Origin: an uncultured Actinomycetota bacterium
GTDB taxonomy: Bacteria; Actinomycetota; Actinomycetes; Streptosporangiales; Streptosporangiaceae
Assembly (NCBI GenBank): GCA_963749145.1
Contig: CAVVLN010000002.1
Span: 272,952-336,951, forward strand
DNA length: 64,000 nt
Direction: 5' to 3'
Shown here: positions 17,447 through 27,784 of the stretch, in pieces
Layout: the number at the start of each line of letters is the position of its first letter
Numbering within the stretch: position 1 is the first letter of the stretch
The notes under the pieces: model-generated
Told to the model about the DNA's origin: nothing
Database searches by the model: none
The model's input: only the letters and a program-made list of their open reading frames with translations
Position numbers and translations under genes: made by a program

Positions 17447-17879
17447 TAGGATTCTACTCCGAAAGGTTAGACCACAAATGAGTGGTTCCGGAAGCGATCA
17501 TGACCGAGGGTACTTGTCGCTTTTAGCATCAGACTCAGCCAAAGAGACTTTGCGCACGGTCGAGCGCGCGCCAGCGTGCAGTCGCCGACCACCTATTCCC
17601 GGCCGTCACCTCTGTCGCCTTCCTTGGACGTATCTGGACGTACATCTAAAGCGCGCCTAGTGGATAGAGCAGGAATCACGTCCTGGAGATATATGACAAA
17701 GTCTCTCAACATGCGAATATGGGCGTCTCATCGAAAGCGATCTGCTGTTAAGGCTAGATCACTAGCCGGTTCTTAGACAAAATGACCACATTCGTATCCC
17801 AGTGCCTGGCCAGCGACGGTTCGCCTGGTCCTGGTCCTGACTCCCCGAGCGATGTGCCTTGACTGCCCCTCCTCGTAAT

Positions 17880-18782
17880 CTAAGTGCCATTGCTTATAAG
17901 TGGACTTATCCGCGATAGCATCGTTCGTGAGATCGCCAGTATATTCGTAAATTCCTCTGGTAGTTCATGTACTGATCTCAGCGCCAGATGAACTCTGCCC
18001 GTTACACGATTGCGCATTGCGCGAATCTCGAAGAGGCAGTATCCGCATTCCTTGAGGTGCTCGAAAGGGCTCTCGGACGCGCTGTCCAGCAAGTGTGGCG
18101 CGTATTCAAAAATTACTGAGGGAGAATGCTCATCGATCACTCGTGATGCACCTCTGATAACAGGCATCTCGTAACCTTCAACGTCGATCTTCATTAGATT
18201 CACAGGAGAGTCAGCTATATCGTCGATGGCTACCGTGTCAACCATTACGCTTGACCCTGTCAAAGTCGAATGAGGGATTACACTCCCACTAAGTTTCCTC
18301 GTGTCCAGGTCACCGGGCCGATGCAGGACCACGCTGTCCCCACTCCGATCGGAGGCAGCAGCCTGAATTAACCTTAGATTTCCCAAACAGTTCAGGGCGA
18401 TGTTCTTGCGAGTTCGGTTCGCCAGCTCTTCGTCGGCTTCAATAGCGATTACGTTCCCCCTTGTGCCGACCAATTTGGCGAGGCGGATTGCGTGAATCCC
18501 AACATTTGCGCCCACGTCTATACAATTATCGCCTGGCCGGACTAGGTATTCAAACAGCTCAGCGATATGACCCTCAAAGGCGCCGAAGACCCACACATAC
18601 CACTCTAGGAAGCTGGATAGGTCGACTTCGAAGTCATCGCCGAACCTGTTCGTCGATCGTTTAATTGATTTCCCAGGTTGACAGGTTAACTTGTCATATG
18701 ACCTATTTAGTAGCCTAGCGAAGCCGCGAAGTGCTACGCGTTGGCCAAGAGCGGGCGCTAGGGGGGCCGTGGCGAGGCGCAT
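17880..18782 (-). CDS. FkbM-family methyltransferase
   Basis: Motifs CIDVGANVGIHAIRLA and LMKIDVEGYEMPVIRGA. Codon usage is markedly AT-rich relative to the flanks. Confidence 0.85.
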   Translation of the reverse strand: MRLATAPLAPALGQRVALRGFARLLNRSYDKLTCQPGKSIKRSTNRFGDDFEVDLSSFLEWYVWVFGAFEGHIAELFEYLVRPGDNCIDVGANVGIHAIRLAKLVGTRGNVIAIEADEELANRTRKNIALNCLGNLRLIQAAASDRSGDSVVLHRPGDLDTRKLSGSVIPHSTLTGSSVMVDTVAIDDIADSPVNLMKIDVEGYEMPVIRGASRVIDEHSPSVIFEYAPHLLDSASESPFEHLKECGYCLFEIRAMRNRVTGRVHLALRSVHELPEEFTNILAISRTMLSRISPLISNGT

Positions 18783-19084
18783 GCCTCGTACGGTACTCGC
18801 CCTAGACTCAATCCACCGCGTAAATGCGGATGATCGTTTCCGGAGCTTGCTGAAATATGGTCCTGATCTTGACCGAGGCTAACTGGTTAGGCCGGATGTG
18901 CGGTGAGCTCCAGACGGATTCGTAGAGTCTCATCCATTCCTGCTTGTGGCGCCAGCTTTCGGGGCAAACGCAGGTAATGCGGCCGCAGGCGATGCGGTAA
19001 GCGATCGCGTATCCAGCCCACCCAAGCCAGTGTACTCAGTGAGAGATTTCGTATTCACCCACGAGGCTGTTCGGTGTGGCGAGC

Positions 19085-19300
19085 CCGAAGCTTGGGTCAC
19101 TGATGCTGAGCGGCCAGGAGCGGCAGGTCCTGCAGGGATGGGTGCGGCGGCGCAAGACGTCGCTGGCGCTGCGCTCGCGGATCGCGCTGGCCTGCGCCAA
19201 CAGTGGTGGCCCGGTCGCGGCGGTGGCCACTGGCCTGGGGTGTCGCGGGATACGGTGCGCAAATGGCCGTCGCGGTTCCTGGCGGTCCGGCTGGAGGCAA
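19085..19300 (+). mobile_element. IS630-family transposase N-terminal (HTH) fragment, frameshifted
   Basis: LSGQERQVLQGWVRRRKTSLALRSRIALACANSGGPVAAVATGLG continues in another frame as VSRDTVRKWPSRFLAVRLEA. This is the typical IS630 N-terminal helix-turn-helix region. No catalytic domain follows. Confidence 0.55.
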
Positions 19301-19584
19301 CATGCCGTGGATGATTGCAGCATGATTGCTGACGTTTCGTCACCATCTGAGTCTTGGTTGGCGGCCGTTCTTCTAGCTTTAGCCGCCACAGCGTACAGTC
19401 TCAAGCTAAGCTGTACACGTGCCAATCACGGATACAACGTTTGCGATGAAAGGTGTACCAGGTCTTTCTCAGCCTGTGGCGTTCGGCTCGAGCTATCTCG
19501 GCGCCTCGCATGTCGCGTTTCTGGCCAGAGTTGGCTTTGACATTCTTGGCCTTGGCACCACCGCCCGGCGGATCAGTTACTGAC

Positions 19585-20397
19585 ATGGAAGTGCATGACT
19601 TGAAGGCTGATGTCCGCAAGTTTTGGGACGCGGGGTCGTGTGGCGAGGTGTACGCGGAGGGGCTCACCATTGAGGAGCGTTTCCGCAGGCACGCGGAGGC
19701 GCGTTACCGCCTTGAGCCCTACATCCGAGGCTTCGCCCGGTTTGAAGAGGGCACAGGCCGGGATGTCCTTGAGATCGGCGTCGGCATGGGTGCCGATCAT
19801 TTGGAGTGGGCAAAGAGCGGACCGAGCCGCCTGGCCGGCGTTGACCTCACCCCTCGTGCCGTGGCCTGGACCACTCAACGGCTCGCCACCTACGGGTTCG
19901 CGTCCGAGGTAAAGGAGGCGGATGCCGAGCGCCTTCCCTTCCCTGACGACTCGTTCGGCATAGTCTACTCTTGGGGTGTACTTCACCATGTTCCTGATAC
20001 GCCTCGGGCTTTCCGTGAGGCCTACCGTGTACTTCGACCGGGTGGGACAATCCGCGCGATGATTTACCACCGTCCATCCATCGTCGGGCTGATGCTTTGG
20101 GCCCGCTACGGGCTCGCCACAGGGCACCCGGCCCGTAGCCTTACCGATATCTACGCCCGCCACCTGGAGTCCAACGGAACCAAGGGTTACACTGTTGCTG
20201 AGGCCCGGCGTCTGGTTACACCATTCGGCGCCAGCGAGATTCGCAGTGCGGTTAGCTTCGGCGACCTGCTTCAGGGCGAGGTAGGCCAGCAGCACTCCAG
20301 CCGTGGACTCACGATCGCCAAGCGGCTCTGGCCTCGACCGCTGATCCGCCGGTTGTCGGCGCTCGGGTTGTACCTCCTGATCGAGGCCAAGAAATAG
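19585..20397 (+). CDS. Class I SAM-dependent methyltransferase (type 11)
   Basis: The inner ATG at 19585 begins MEVHDLKADVRKFWD. Motifs are VLEIGVGMGAD, PFPDDSFGIVYSWGVLHHV and LRPGG. Confidence 0.85.
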   Translation: MEVHDLKADVRKFWDAGSCGEVYAEGLTIEERFRRHAEARYRLEPYIRGFARFEEGTGRDVLEIGVGMGADHLEWAKSGPSRLAGVDLTPRAVAWTTQRLATYGFASEVKEADAERLPFPDDSFGIVYSWGVLHHVPDTPRAFREAYRVLRPGGTIRAMIYHRPSIVGLMLWARYGLATGHPARSLTDIYARHLESNGTKGYTVAEARRLVTPFGASEIRSAVSFGDLLQGEVGQQHSSRGLTIAKRLWPRPLIRRLSALGLYLLIEAKK

Positions 20398-20510
20398 TGC
20401 CCAGATTGTGCGTCTCTAATACGGCCGCGGTGGCGCCGTGAGCGCGGCGAGCCAGGTCGGCCGCGTAAACATTCATCCCGCTTGCGCTGGGTGACGCTCG
20501 CTGGTTGTGA

Positions 20511-22145
20511 TCAGGTGGGCGCCGGAAGCGGAGGCCGCCACGGCGCCCCGGTCATGGCGCTGCGCAGGACGTCCATGACGTTTTGGCCGTGCTTGCGGGC
20601 GGTGTCGATGTAGCTGCGGATGTCGAGGCGGTCCTGGGTGGTGTCCTCGCTGGTGAGCCGCCCGGAGATCTTCTGCTGGGTCTTGGCGGGGCGGACGGCG
20701 CGCTCGCTGATGTTATTCGATCCCGCTGTCGACTACGCGTGATGCGGGTGCTGAGAAGCATCGGGTCCGTCAACTTAACGGACGGACGGGCCGGCTTCAC
20801 CCTGCTGCGCCACCGCATCCTCCTCGGATTACGTCACATACTGTCACCACCGAAAGTGCGACAGAGCCGTTAAAATTACAGTCCCGCGCCAGATCGTTGG
20901 TCGGCCAGATCCTGGTGTCGCGGGTGAACCGCAGGACGTCATCTTGGTGGCTGGAGCAGAATTCCAGCAGGTCCCGGCCGGGGTGCTGGGCGGTGGAGGA
21001 TTTGGGGCCGGAGACGCGGGGCACGTCAGAGAGCCCGGCCAGCACGGCGTGGCGGAACTCGTGGATGAGCGGGCCGGCAATGTGCGGGGGGATTTCGGCT
21101 GGCCGTCGTCACGGGCAGCGCGCCAGGCGCAGATCAGGGCGCGCAGCGCTCGCTGCGCTTGCACCGGCCAGATGGCGTTCGGGTAGCACTCGGCCGCGTC
21201 CTCATAGTCCCTGATCAAGTGGGCCAGACAGGCCTGATTTCCGGCAATGTGCTCCCAGCCGTGGTGGAAGTAGTTCGCATACCGGTCAGAGACCACGATG
21301 CCGGTGAACGCGGGCAGGACCCCGAACTCGCGGAAGGATTCCAGGGTGCGCCGTCCCAGGAAGAACACCGAATGCCGCTCGGTGACGGCGGCCAGCACGT
21401 ACTTCTTGGTCCCGGCGGGCCCGCACCGCAGCGTGGTCTCATCGAATCCGGCCACATGGGCGGCGGTGATCAGCGTCTTGATCAGTTTGACCACATCCGC
21501 GATCACGGCGGCTGCCCTGGCCAGGCAGGAGTGGACGAAGCCCACCGAGACCCGGGCGCCGGTGACGTCGGCGATCAGCTGGACGCATCGCCCGGCGGGC
21601 ACGTGCTGGAACACCGTGAGATACACCGCCAGGGCGCGGGTCGGGCCGGTGCTCACCGCCGATCCGCCTGCCCCTTCCGGGCAGGCCGCCGCATGCAACT
21701 CGCCGCACCGGCAGCGGGCCTGGTGAAGGTCATGCTGGACGCGGCGTGCTGTCATCAGCGGCACCTCCAGCTGCTGGAACGACCGGACGACACCCAGGTC
21801 CGCCGCGCCGGCCAGGTCCGCCCCGCACCCGCACGCGCCAGCAGGGCGGTGATCGATCACCTCATCGGGTTCCGCCCACGCCATCGACGCGCCCGGCGCC
21901 CCCGGTTGCTTCCCGCGTCCGCGCTTGCTGCCCCCGCCGCGCCGCTCCCGCTTGGGCGGCACCCTTCCCGGCAGGTCATCGGCCGACGGCGGCATCGAGC
22001 AGTTGCCGCTGTTACGGCCCAGCCGGCGCCTCAGCTCCGCGACCTCGGCCCGTAGCTCCCCGACCGACCGCGCTAGCTCACCGATCAGCTCATCCCGCGC
22101 CGCGCATGAGTCGCACCCAGCAGCAGGCGGCGGCAGGCCGGTCAC
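20511..22145 (-). mobile_element. IS66-family transposase, decayed (frameshift plus C-terminal disruption)
   Basis: The main ORF (20844-22145) has the IS66 leucine-zipper/zinc-finger N-terminus and core. The frame changes near 21050-21100, where LAGLSDVPRVS...RFTRDTRIWPTNDLARD continues in another frame. A separate C-terminal piece (20511-20712) reads SNNISERAVRPAKTQQKISGRLTSEDTTQDRLDIRSYIDTARKHGQNVMDVLRSAMTG. The two pieces are separated by about 150 bp of unrelated sequence. Confidence 0.8.
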
Positions 22146-22293
22146 AGGCCACCATGATCAGGACATCCAGCAGTGATCAAGCCGACACGCTGAGCCGATT
22201 CCAGAAGATCCCCGCACCGACGCCGGCGGACCGTGGAACCGGCCCAGTGGCGGGAGACACCAGCCTGGCCGGCGGGGCTGATACGAATAGGGC

Positions 22294-22986
22294 ATGACTG
22301 CCCGGCTGCTGCTCGTTCATAGCCCGCTGGTCGGGTGCGCAACCTGGGATCTGGTCGCGGCTGACCTGGCCGGGCGTGGCTACCAGGTGGGCATCCCCGA
22401 CCTTACCGGCACTATTACCGCAGGGCCGCCGTATTGCCTGCGCCAGGCCCAGGTGATAACCCGCAGCGCATCCGGCCGGCCCGCGATCCTCATCGGTCAT
22501 AGCGGGGCCGGGCCGCTGCTGGCCGCGGCGGGCGCCATCATCGGTCAGGTCCGGGGTTACATCTTCGTCGACGCTGGCCTGCCGACGCCGGGGCAGACCT
22601 GGATGGAAACCGTGCCGGCCGATCTGGCGGCCCAACTGCGGGAGATGGCTGATGCCCGGGGCTGGCTGCCGCCCTGGCCGCAATGGTGGGGCGATGAGGC
22701 CCTGGCCGAGCTCATTCCCGATCCAGATACCCGCCAGCACTTCGCGGCTGGCTGCCCCCGGCTGCCGCTGGCCATGTTCGAGGAAATCCACCCGCCCGCC
22801 CCGCAGTGGCCCGATGCCCCCGCCGGTTACCTGCAGCTGAGCGAGGCATACCAGGACCAGGCGGCCAACGCGCGGGAACTTGGCTGGCCCGTGACAGAAC
22901 AGATGAGCCACCACCTCGCGCTGCTGACACAGCCCGGCCAGGTCGCCGAATCGCTGCGCGGACTGATCGGCCAGCTTCGCCAGTAG
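22294..22986 (+). CDS. Alpha/beta-fold hydrolase family protein
   Basis: 230 aa. N-terminus LLLVHSPLVG and nucleophile-elbow-like LIGHSGAG. It lies directly next to the IS66 relic. Confidence 0.75.
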   Translation: MTARLLLVHSPLVGCATWDLVAADLAGRGYQVGIPDLTGTITAGPPYCLRQAQVITRSASGRPAILIGHSGAGPLLAAAGAIIGQVRGYIFVDAGLPTPGQTWMETVPADLAAQLREMADARGWLPPWPQWWGDEALAELIPDPDTRQHFAAGCPRLPLAMFEEIHPPAPQWPDAPAGYLQLSEAYQDQAANARELGWPVTEQMSHHLALLTQPGQVAESLRGLIGQLRQ

Positions 22987-23449
22987 CGGGCTACCCGAAG
23001 TAAAAGCCAGGGTATAAGCGCAGGCACCACGAAACGGACCTGGCCGCCAGTCACCCAGAGCCAGCAAAGGACTCAGCGCAGCGACCAGGGAGCCCGTCCG
23101 CTCACTGGTAATGAGCGCCATGCCATCTTCGTGACCGCCAGCAGGGGGAAACCCGATAGCCACCCACACTCGAAGCCGTCACGCAGAGCGCGCGACGTGA
23201 ATACTTACGTCGGCCGCCTAGCGAGCCTTGGTCGCTAACGACGCTCGCTAGGGGACGGAGTTCTTCGAAGATCTGTTGGCTGCGCGAGTGACTTCCACGC
23301 TTGAAGCCGATCTGCCCCAGTCGATTCTGGACACCGATAAATCGTCCGAGCCAATACCAGCAGACGCCTACCGGGATCATCTCGAAGGCTGCAAGGCGTC
23401 AGCAGTTGGGCAAGCTGGTGCAAGCGGAGATCGATCGAAGGACTGGCGT

Positions 23450-25264
23450 TCAATCCTGCTCTGCCGGATGCATTGCAGAATGGCAACTGGCTGATACCGC
23501 GCCATGCTGCTCAAGGATGGAAGTGGCCAGTGCGAAGTACCGCCCCTGGCGGAAGCCCCTGCTGCCCGGTGTCAGTCCTGGTGCCACATGTTGGGCTGGG
23601 GCAGCAAAGCCACGCTTTGCCCGCCACGCCACCTGTGGCGAGACGACGCGTGCCACGAGTTCCTTGGGAAGCCACTTTGCGCGCTGTCTTCGTATGAGTA
23701 CGGAGTCGGGGAGCGTCAGTGACCAGCGCACCAGCTCGAGATCCAGCCAGGGAACCCGAACTTCGACGCCGTGTTCCATCGATGCCCGGTCGTTGTAGGC
23801 GAGGCCGAGACCGGGCAGGTATACCGCCAAGTCCAGCGCCATCGCCTTACGGAGGAAAGACGCGCCTGCCGGCAGCACGTCGAACACGGCGCGGTGTCGC
23901 TGCCAGACGGTATCGTTGCTCACCTCCGCCTCGCTGCAGCCAAGCACCCTTGCCCGGTCAACCGCAGTACTGTAGGTACACAGTTGCATGTACGCAGAGA
24001 AGGGGTCACGCTCCGATGCTGCACGGGCGATCCTCGTCATATACTCGGTACGGAGCCCTCTGCCGCGGCGTGAGATCGCCTGTTCCGTCGCCTTGCCCAC
24101 TACGCCGAGGCGGAGCTGCCGCAGGAACGGGGCAACGCGGTGGCGCGCATAGCCTGCGAACAGCTCGTCGCCGCCCTGGCCGGACAAGAGCACCTTAAAA
24201 CCGTCGCCTGACGCACAGTGCGAGATGGTCCGGGCGAGATCGTGCGCCGGGTCGGCAAATAGGTCGCCAGCGCGGGGCAGGCCATCAGAAGCTTGCTCCC
24301 CCGCCACATACGTCACCGGCGTGTCGAGTAGGTCGCTTAGGGCCCGCACCGTCGCCGCATCCTCCGACAGCCGCTCGTCGCCGGTGGTTCCGGCCCATTC
24401 GATCGTATAGGCGCGCTCAACACCCCCACCTGCAGCCCACCAGATGAGGCTGCTGTCCACGCCGCCGGATGCCATGAGTGCGATCGGGACGTCGCTAAGC
24501 AGTTGGCGATGCACCGCATCAACGAACCGGCAGTGCAATTCCTCTACCGCGTGCTCAGGGCGAATTGCTGGTGGCGATTCGATGGGATGCAGTGGCTTGC
24601 AATAGCGCGAGACTGTCGAGCCGCCCAGCGTCCACCGGAGCACAGTTCCCGGTTCGATGCTGCGCACTCCAGAATATGGGGTACGCGGATCTGGAATCCA
24701 GAGAAACGACAGGAACTGCGCTAAGGCGACCAGATCGGCGCTGCCAGTCGGAGCCCCCATGGCGAGCAGCGCACGCAGCTCGGAGGCGAACCACAACTTA
24801 CCACCGGCCTCAGCGCAAACGAGGGGCTTCACGCCAAGCGGATCACGCGCCAGGAACAGTTCTCCAGTCACTGAGTCAAGTACGGCTACGGCGAAGATAC
24901 CGTTGAGGCGCGCGAGGGTGGAAGGTCCTTCCGTTTCCCACATATGGAGAATGACCTCACCGTCCATTGATGAGCGGAATCGGTGACCGGCGCGCTCGCA
25001 TTCGCGCCGGAGCGCGGGGGAGTTGTAAATCTCGCCATTGAACACCATCGTGAACCGGCCGTCTTCGTTGCTCATCGGCTGATGGCCGGCGTTGGACAGG
25101 TCGACGATCGCCAGCCGCGCGAACGCGAAATCGGCGACTACGTTACCTGTCGTGCAGTGCTCAGTACGCTGTGCGTCAGGGCCGCGATGCCGGAGCGCGT
25201 CCAGCACGTTGTCGCCAAGGGCCTCAACCGCCCGACCTCCAACGTGTCCCGCGAAGCCACACAT
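23450..25264 (-). CDS. asnB: Asparagine synthase (glutamine-hydrolysing)-type amidotransferase
   Basis: The start is chosen at MCGFAG (N-terminal Cys nucleophile). The PP-loop is ALMASGGVDSSLI. About 604 aa. Confidence 0.9.
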   Translation of the reverse strand: MCGFAGHVGGRAVEALGDNVLDALRHRGPDAQRTEHCTTGNVVADFAFARLAIVDLSNAGHQPMSNEDGRFTMVFNGEIYNSPALRRECERAGHRFRSSMDGEVILHMWETEGPSTLARLNGIFAVAVLDSVTGELFLARDPLGVKPLVCAEAGGKLWFASELRALLAMGAPTGSADLVALAQFLSFLWIPDPRTPYSGVRSIEPGTVLRWTLGGSTVSRYCKPLHPIESPPAIRPEHAVEELHCRFVDAVHRQLLSDVPIALMASGGVDSSLIWWAAGGGVERAYTIEWAGTTGDERLSEDAATVRALSDLLDTPVTYVAGEQASDGLPRAGDLFADPAHDLARTISHCASGDGFKVLLSGQGGDELFAGYARHRVAPFLRQLRLGVVGKATEQAISRRGRGLRTEYMTRIARAASERDPFSAYMQLCTYSTAVDRARVLGCSEAEVSNDTVWQRHRAVFDVLPAGASFLRKAMALDLAVYLPGLGLAYNDRASMEHGVEVRVPWLDLELVRWSLTLPDSVLIRRQRAKWLPKELVARVVSPQVAWRAKRGFAAPAQHVAPGLTPGSRGFRQGRYFALATSILEQHGAVSASCHSAMHPAEQD

Positions 25265-25614
25265 TTCCATGCCCCCCATCACCGGTATGCCGACGCTACT
25301 CTAGGTATCCCCATGATCACATCCAGTCTTCTACGAACTCATGAACATTAGCGGGACCCGACGGCGACGGGGCAACTTGGCCGGGAATCACACTGCAGGT
25401 CAGAGTTCCTTTTCGGGGCTCCATGATCCTCTGGACCGCCAGGTCGCAGCTAGCGCTCGCCCGGAGGCAGCGAAGGTGCCTTCATCGCGAGCGGCACAGC
25501 ACGTCCGGTGTTGGCGGCGTGGCGGTTCCCCGCCAATGCCCGACGCGGTACGAGGGGGACTGTCAAATTTCCGGTTACCTGCGGTGACGTCTCGGTGACG
25601 CGTAGCATCTCCGC

Positions 25615-27228
25615 ATGACTGCGGACCGCGTGTTAACCAGGGGACTGACCGCAGCCGTCCTGGCCGTCGGCGCCATCATCCTCGCCGCGGTGGCGCTATC
25701 CGCCCCGATTCCCGGCGCGGCGGCGGCATGGGGTGCCGTGGCGCTCGCCGCCTGGTGCGCCGCACTCCTGGTGACATGCAGCGCGGTAGCGGGCCGCGAA
25801 GGCCTGGGCCTCGCGCAGTGGAAGCTCGGCTCGTGGTTTCTGCTGTGGTACGCGGTCGCTGACGGGCTTGCCAGCGCCGCGCCCCGCGACGGCCTCGCCG
25901 CAATGATCACGCCATCCAGCGTCGTCCGTGCCGAGTGGCTCACCGCCGCGGCCGTGACTGCCTGGGCCGCCGCGTACGCCGCCGGTCTGCGCAAACTGCC
26001 GGCGGCTGCAGGGGCGCGGTTCCTGCGGCACCTCGCCTGCCGACGGCCCGGTACTGTCCGCGGGCCGCTCACCCCGTGGCTGCTGTACGCTGCGGGAACC
26101 GTCGCCCGCTTCGCCGGCTACGCGCTGACCGGGCACCTCGGCTACATCGGCAACCCGGCCGTCGGCACCGTCGGCTGGTACCAGCAGCCGCTCGCGGACG
26201 CCGCCATGGCCTGCCCGCTCGCCGTCCTCGTGGCGGCACTGCGGGCATTCCGCCAGCGGGCACCCAAGGCGAAGGCCGCGCTCGCCGTCCTACTCCCCGC
26301 CGAGGTCGCGGCGTCCGCGTTCATGGGCGGCAAGGAACAGGTCCTTACCGCGCTCGCCGCCGCGGCCATCGGCGCCGCCTCGGCCGGGCGCAGGGTTCCG
26401 GTGAAACTCGTCCTTCCCGCGGCGGCGTTCTTCCTGCTGATCGTCATCCCGTTCACCGCCGCCTACCGCGGCGCGCTGCGCGGCGGCCCCGCCGACCTCA
26501 GCGCCGGGCAGGCCGCCGCGGCCGCGCCCGCCTTCGGGCGCTCCGCGGTCGCCGCTGCGTCCCCGGACATCCTCCCGGAGTCCGCCGCTTACCTCGGGCA
26601 GCGCCTCCAGGACATTGACGGCGCCGCGATCATCGTCCAGGAAACCCCGGCCCAGGTGCCATACGCTTTTGCCGCGCAGCTTCCCCTGGGCCTCGCCGGG
26701 GAGGTGATCCCCCGCGCGTTGTGGCCCGGCAAGCCGGTCACAGACCCCTTCCAGGTCACGCAGGACTACTACGGCAGCAGCTTGGCGACCGCCTCGGCCG
26801 TAACACCGCAGGGTGACCTGTGGCGGTACGGCGGCTGGGTGCCGGTCATCGCGGGCATGGCCTTCCTCGGGTGCCTGATGCGCGCCGCCGATGATGTGCT
26901 GGACGTGCGCGCGTACCCGCAGGCCGCGCTGCTGCTCCTGCTGCTGTGGCCGTTGCTGGGCGTCCCCGAGCGCGGCTTCACGACCATGCTGGCGACGCTG
27001 CCCGGCCTCATCGTCACCTGGCTCGCGGTCACGGCCGCGGTGTTCCGCAATCCGGCGGGGGCAGCGGCAGTATCACCGCGCGCGTTCAGCGCCGCCGACC
27101 CGCCTACCAGCGTGACCTGCTCCGTGGGCGCGGAGGCAAACGGCGGAGCGGCGGTCACCGGCACCAGCGCCACCGCCGACAATCCGGGAAGCAAGGGAAA
27201 TGGCACCACATTCGGTGCTTACTGCTGA
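25615..27228 (+). CDS. Polytopic membrane protein, candidate O-antigen/oligosaccharide-repeat polymerase (Wzy-like)
   Basis: 537 aa with at least 10 hydrophobic segments and a loop between them. Third-position G/C bias is very high. I recognise no diagnostic motif; the function is inferred from topology and context. Confidence 0.55.
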   Translation: MTADRVLTRGLTAAVLAVGAIILAAVALSAPIPGAAAAWGAVALAAWCAALLVTCSAVAGREGLGLAQWKLGSWFLLWYAVADGLASAAPRDGLAAMITPSSVVRAEWLTAAAVTAWAAAYAAGLRKLPAAAGARFLRHLACRRPGTVRGPLTPWLLYAAGTVARFAGYALTGHLGYIGNPAVGTVGWYQQPLADAAMACPLAVLVAALRAFRQRAPKAKAALAVLLPAEVAASAFMGGKEQVLTALAAAAIGAASAGRRVPVKLVLPAAAFFLLIVIPFTAAYRGALRGGPADLSAGQAAAAAPAFGRSAVAAASPDILPESAAYLGQRLQDIDGAAIIVQETPAQVPYAFAAQLPLGLAGEVIPRALWPGKPVTDPFQVTQDYYGSSLATASAVTPQGDLWRYGGWVPVIAGMAFLGCLMRAADDVLDVRAYPQAALLLLLLWPLLGVPERGFTTMLATLPGLIVTWLAVTAAVFRNPAGAAAVSPRAFSAADPPTSVTCSVGAEANGGAAVTGTSATADNPGSKGNGTTFGAYC

Positions 27229-27484
27229 GCACGGCACGGCAACGTGGGCCGGCCGACATCATGTCCGGCGGCACCGCGGGTGTCGGCAGATCGGAACCAG
27301 TCCCGGCGGCACCAGGAGGTCATCGCCTCCCCGGTCGTCGGCCCGGCGTGTTGTGAGGCATACGCTTCATAGAGGCGGTTCCTGAATGTGCGCGATCCGG
27401 CTACTGTCGTCATCCCGCGGATGCCACTCGCCATCGTGAGGTCACGTCGGTGATCATAGGGGCATGGGCCAGCTTGTCACCCCG

Positions 27485-27695
27485 GCACCTGCACGAGGAA
27501 TTCCTCAAGTTTCCTCAAGAAGGCCGCGAAGGCCCACTACTGGGTGCGACTGAACATCGCTTCGACAAGTATTCCACCTATAAACACCCGACGTGCAGGA
27601 CCTGGCTGACCAGTTAACCTCCAGGATCATGCTGCACTTCACGCCGACCTCCGGGTCCCTCGCGACCCGGCTGGTCCGTTCACCTGTGGCCTAGC
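27485..27695 (+). mobile_element. IS630-family transposase C-terminal fragment, decayed
   Basis: HEEFLKF...RFDKYSTYKHPTCRTWL followed by a stop, then RIMLHFTPTSGS in another frame. This corresponds to the conserved IS630 DNYSTHKHP...HFTPTSGSW region. Confidence 0.5.
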
Positions 27696-27784
27696 ATCCG
27701 ACAGGGTACAGCTGGGGGAACCACCGCTTTCAACTTCTACGAAAGCCGGGGAAACCTCCAGGCCATCGTCTAGTCTTGAAAGCT

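Noticed and set aside
18991-19005. gtaagcg motif resembling the canonical IS66 terminal repeat start
   Set aside because: It lies 1.5 kb from the IS66 transposase relic, with an unrelated methyltransferase gene in between. No inverted partner was found near 22.2 kb.
20870-20885. 10-mer tacagtcccg shared between the IS66 insert region and the IS701 terminal repeat
   Set aside because: A single 10-nt match in 128 kb of two-strand sequence is within chance expectation. Flanking bases do not extend the match.
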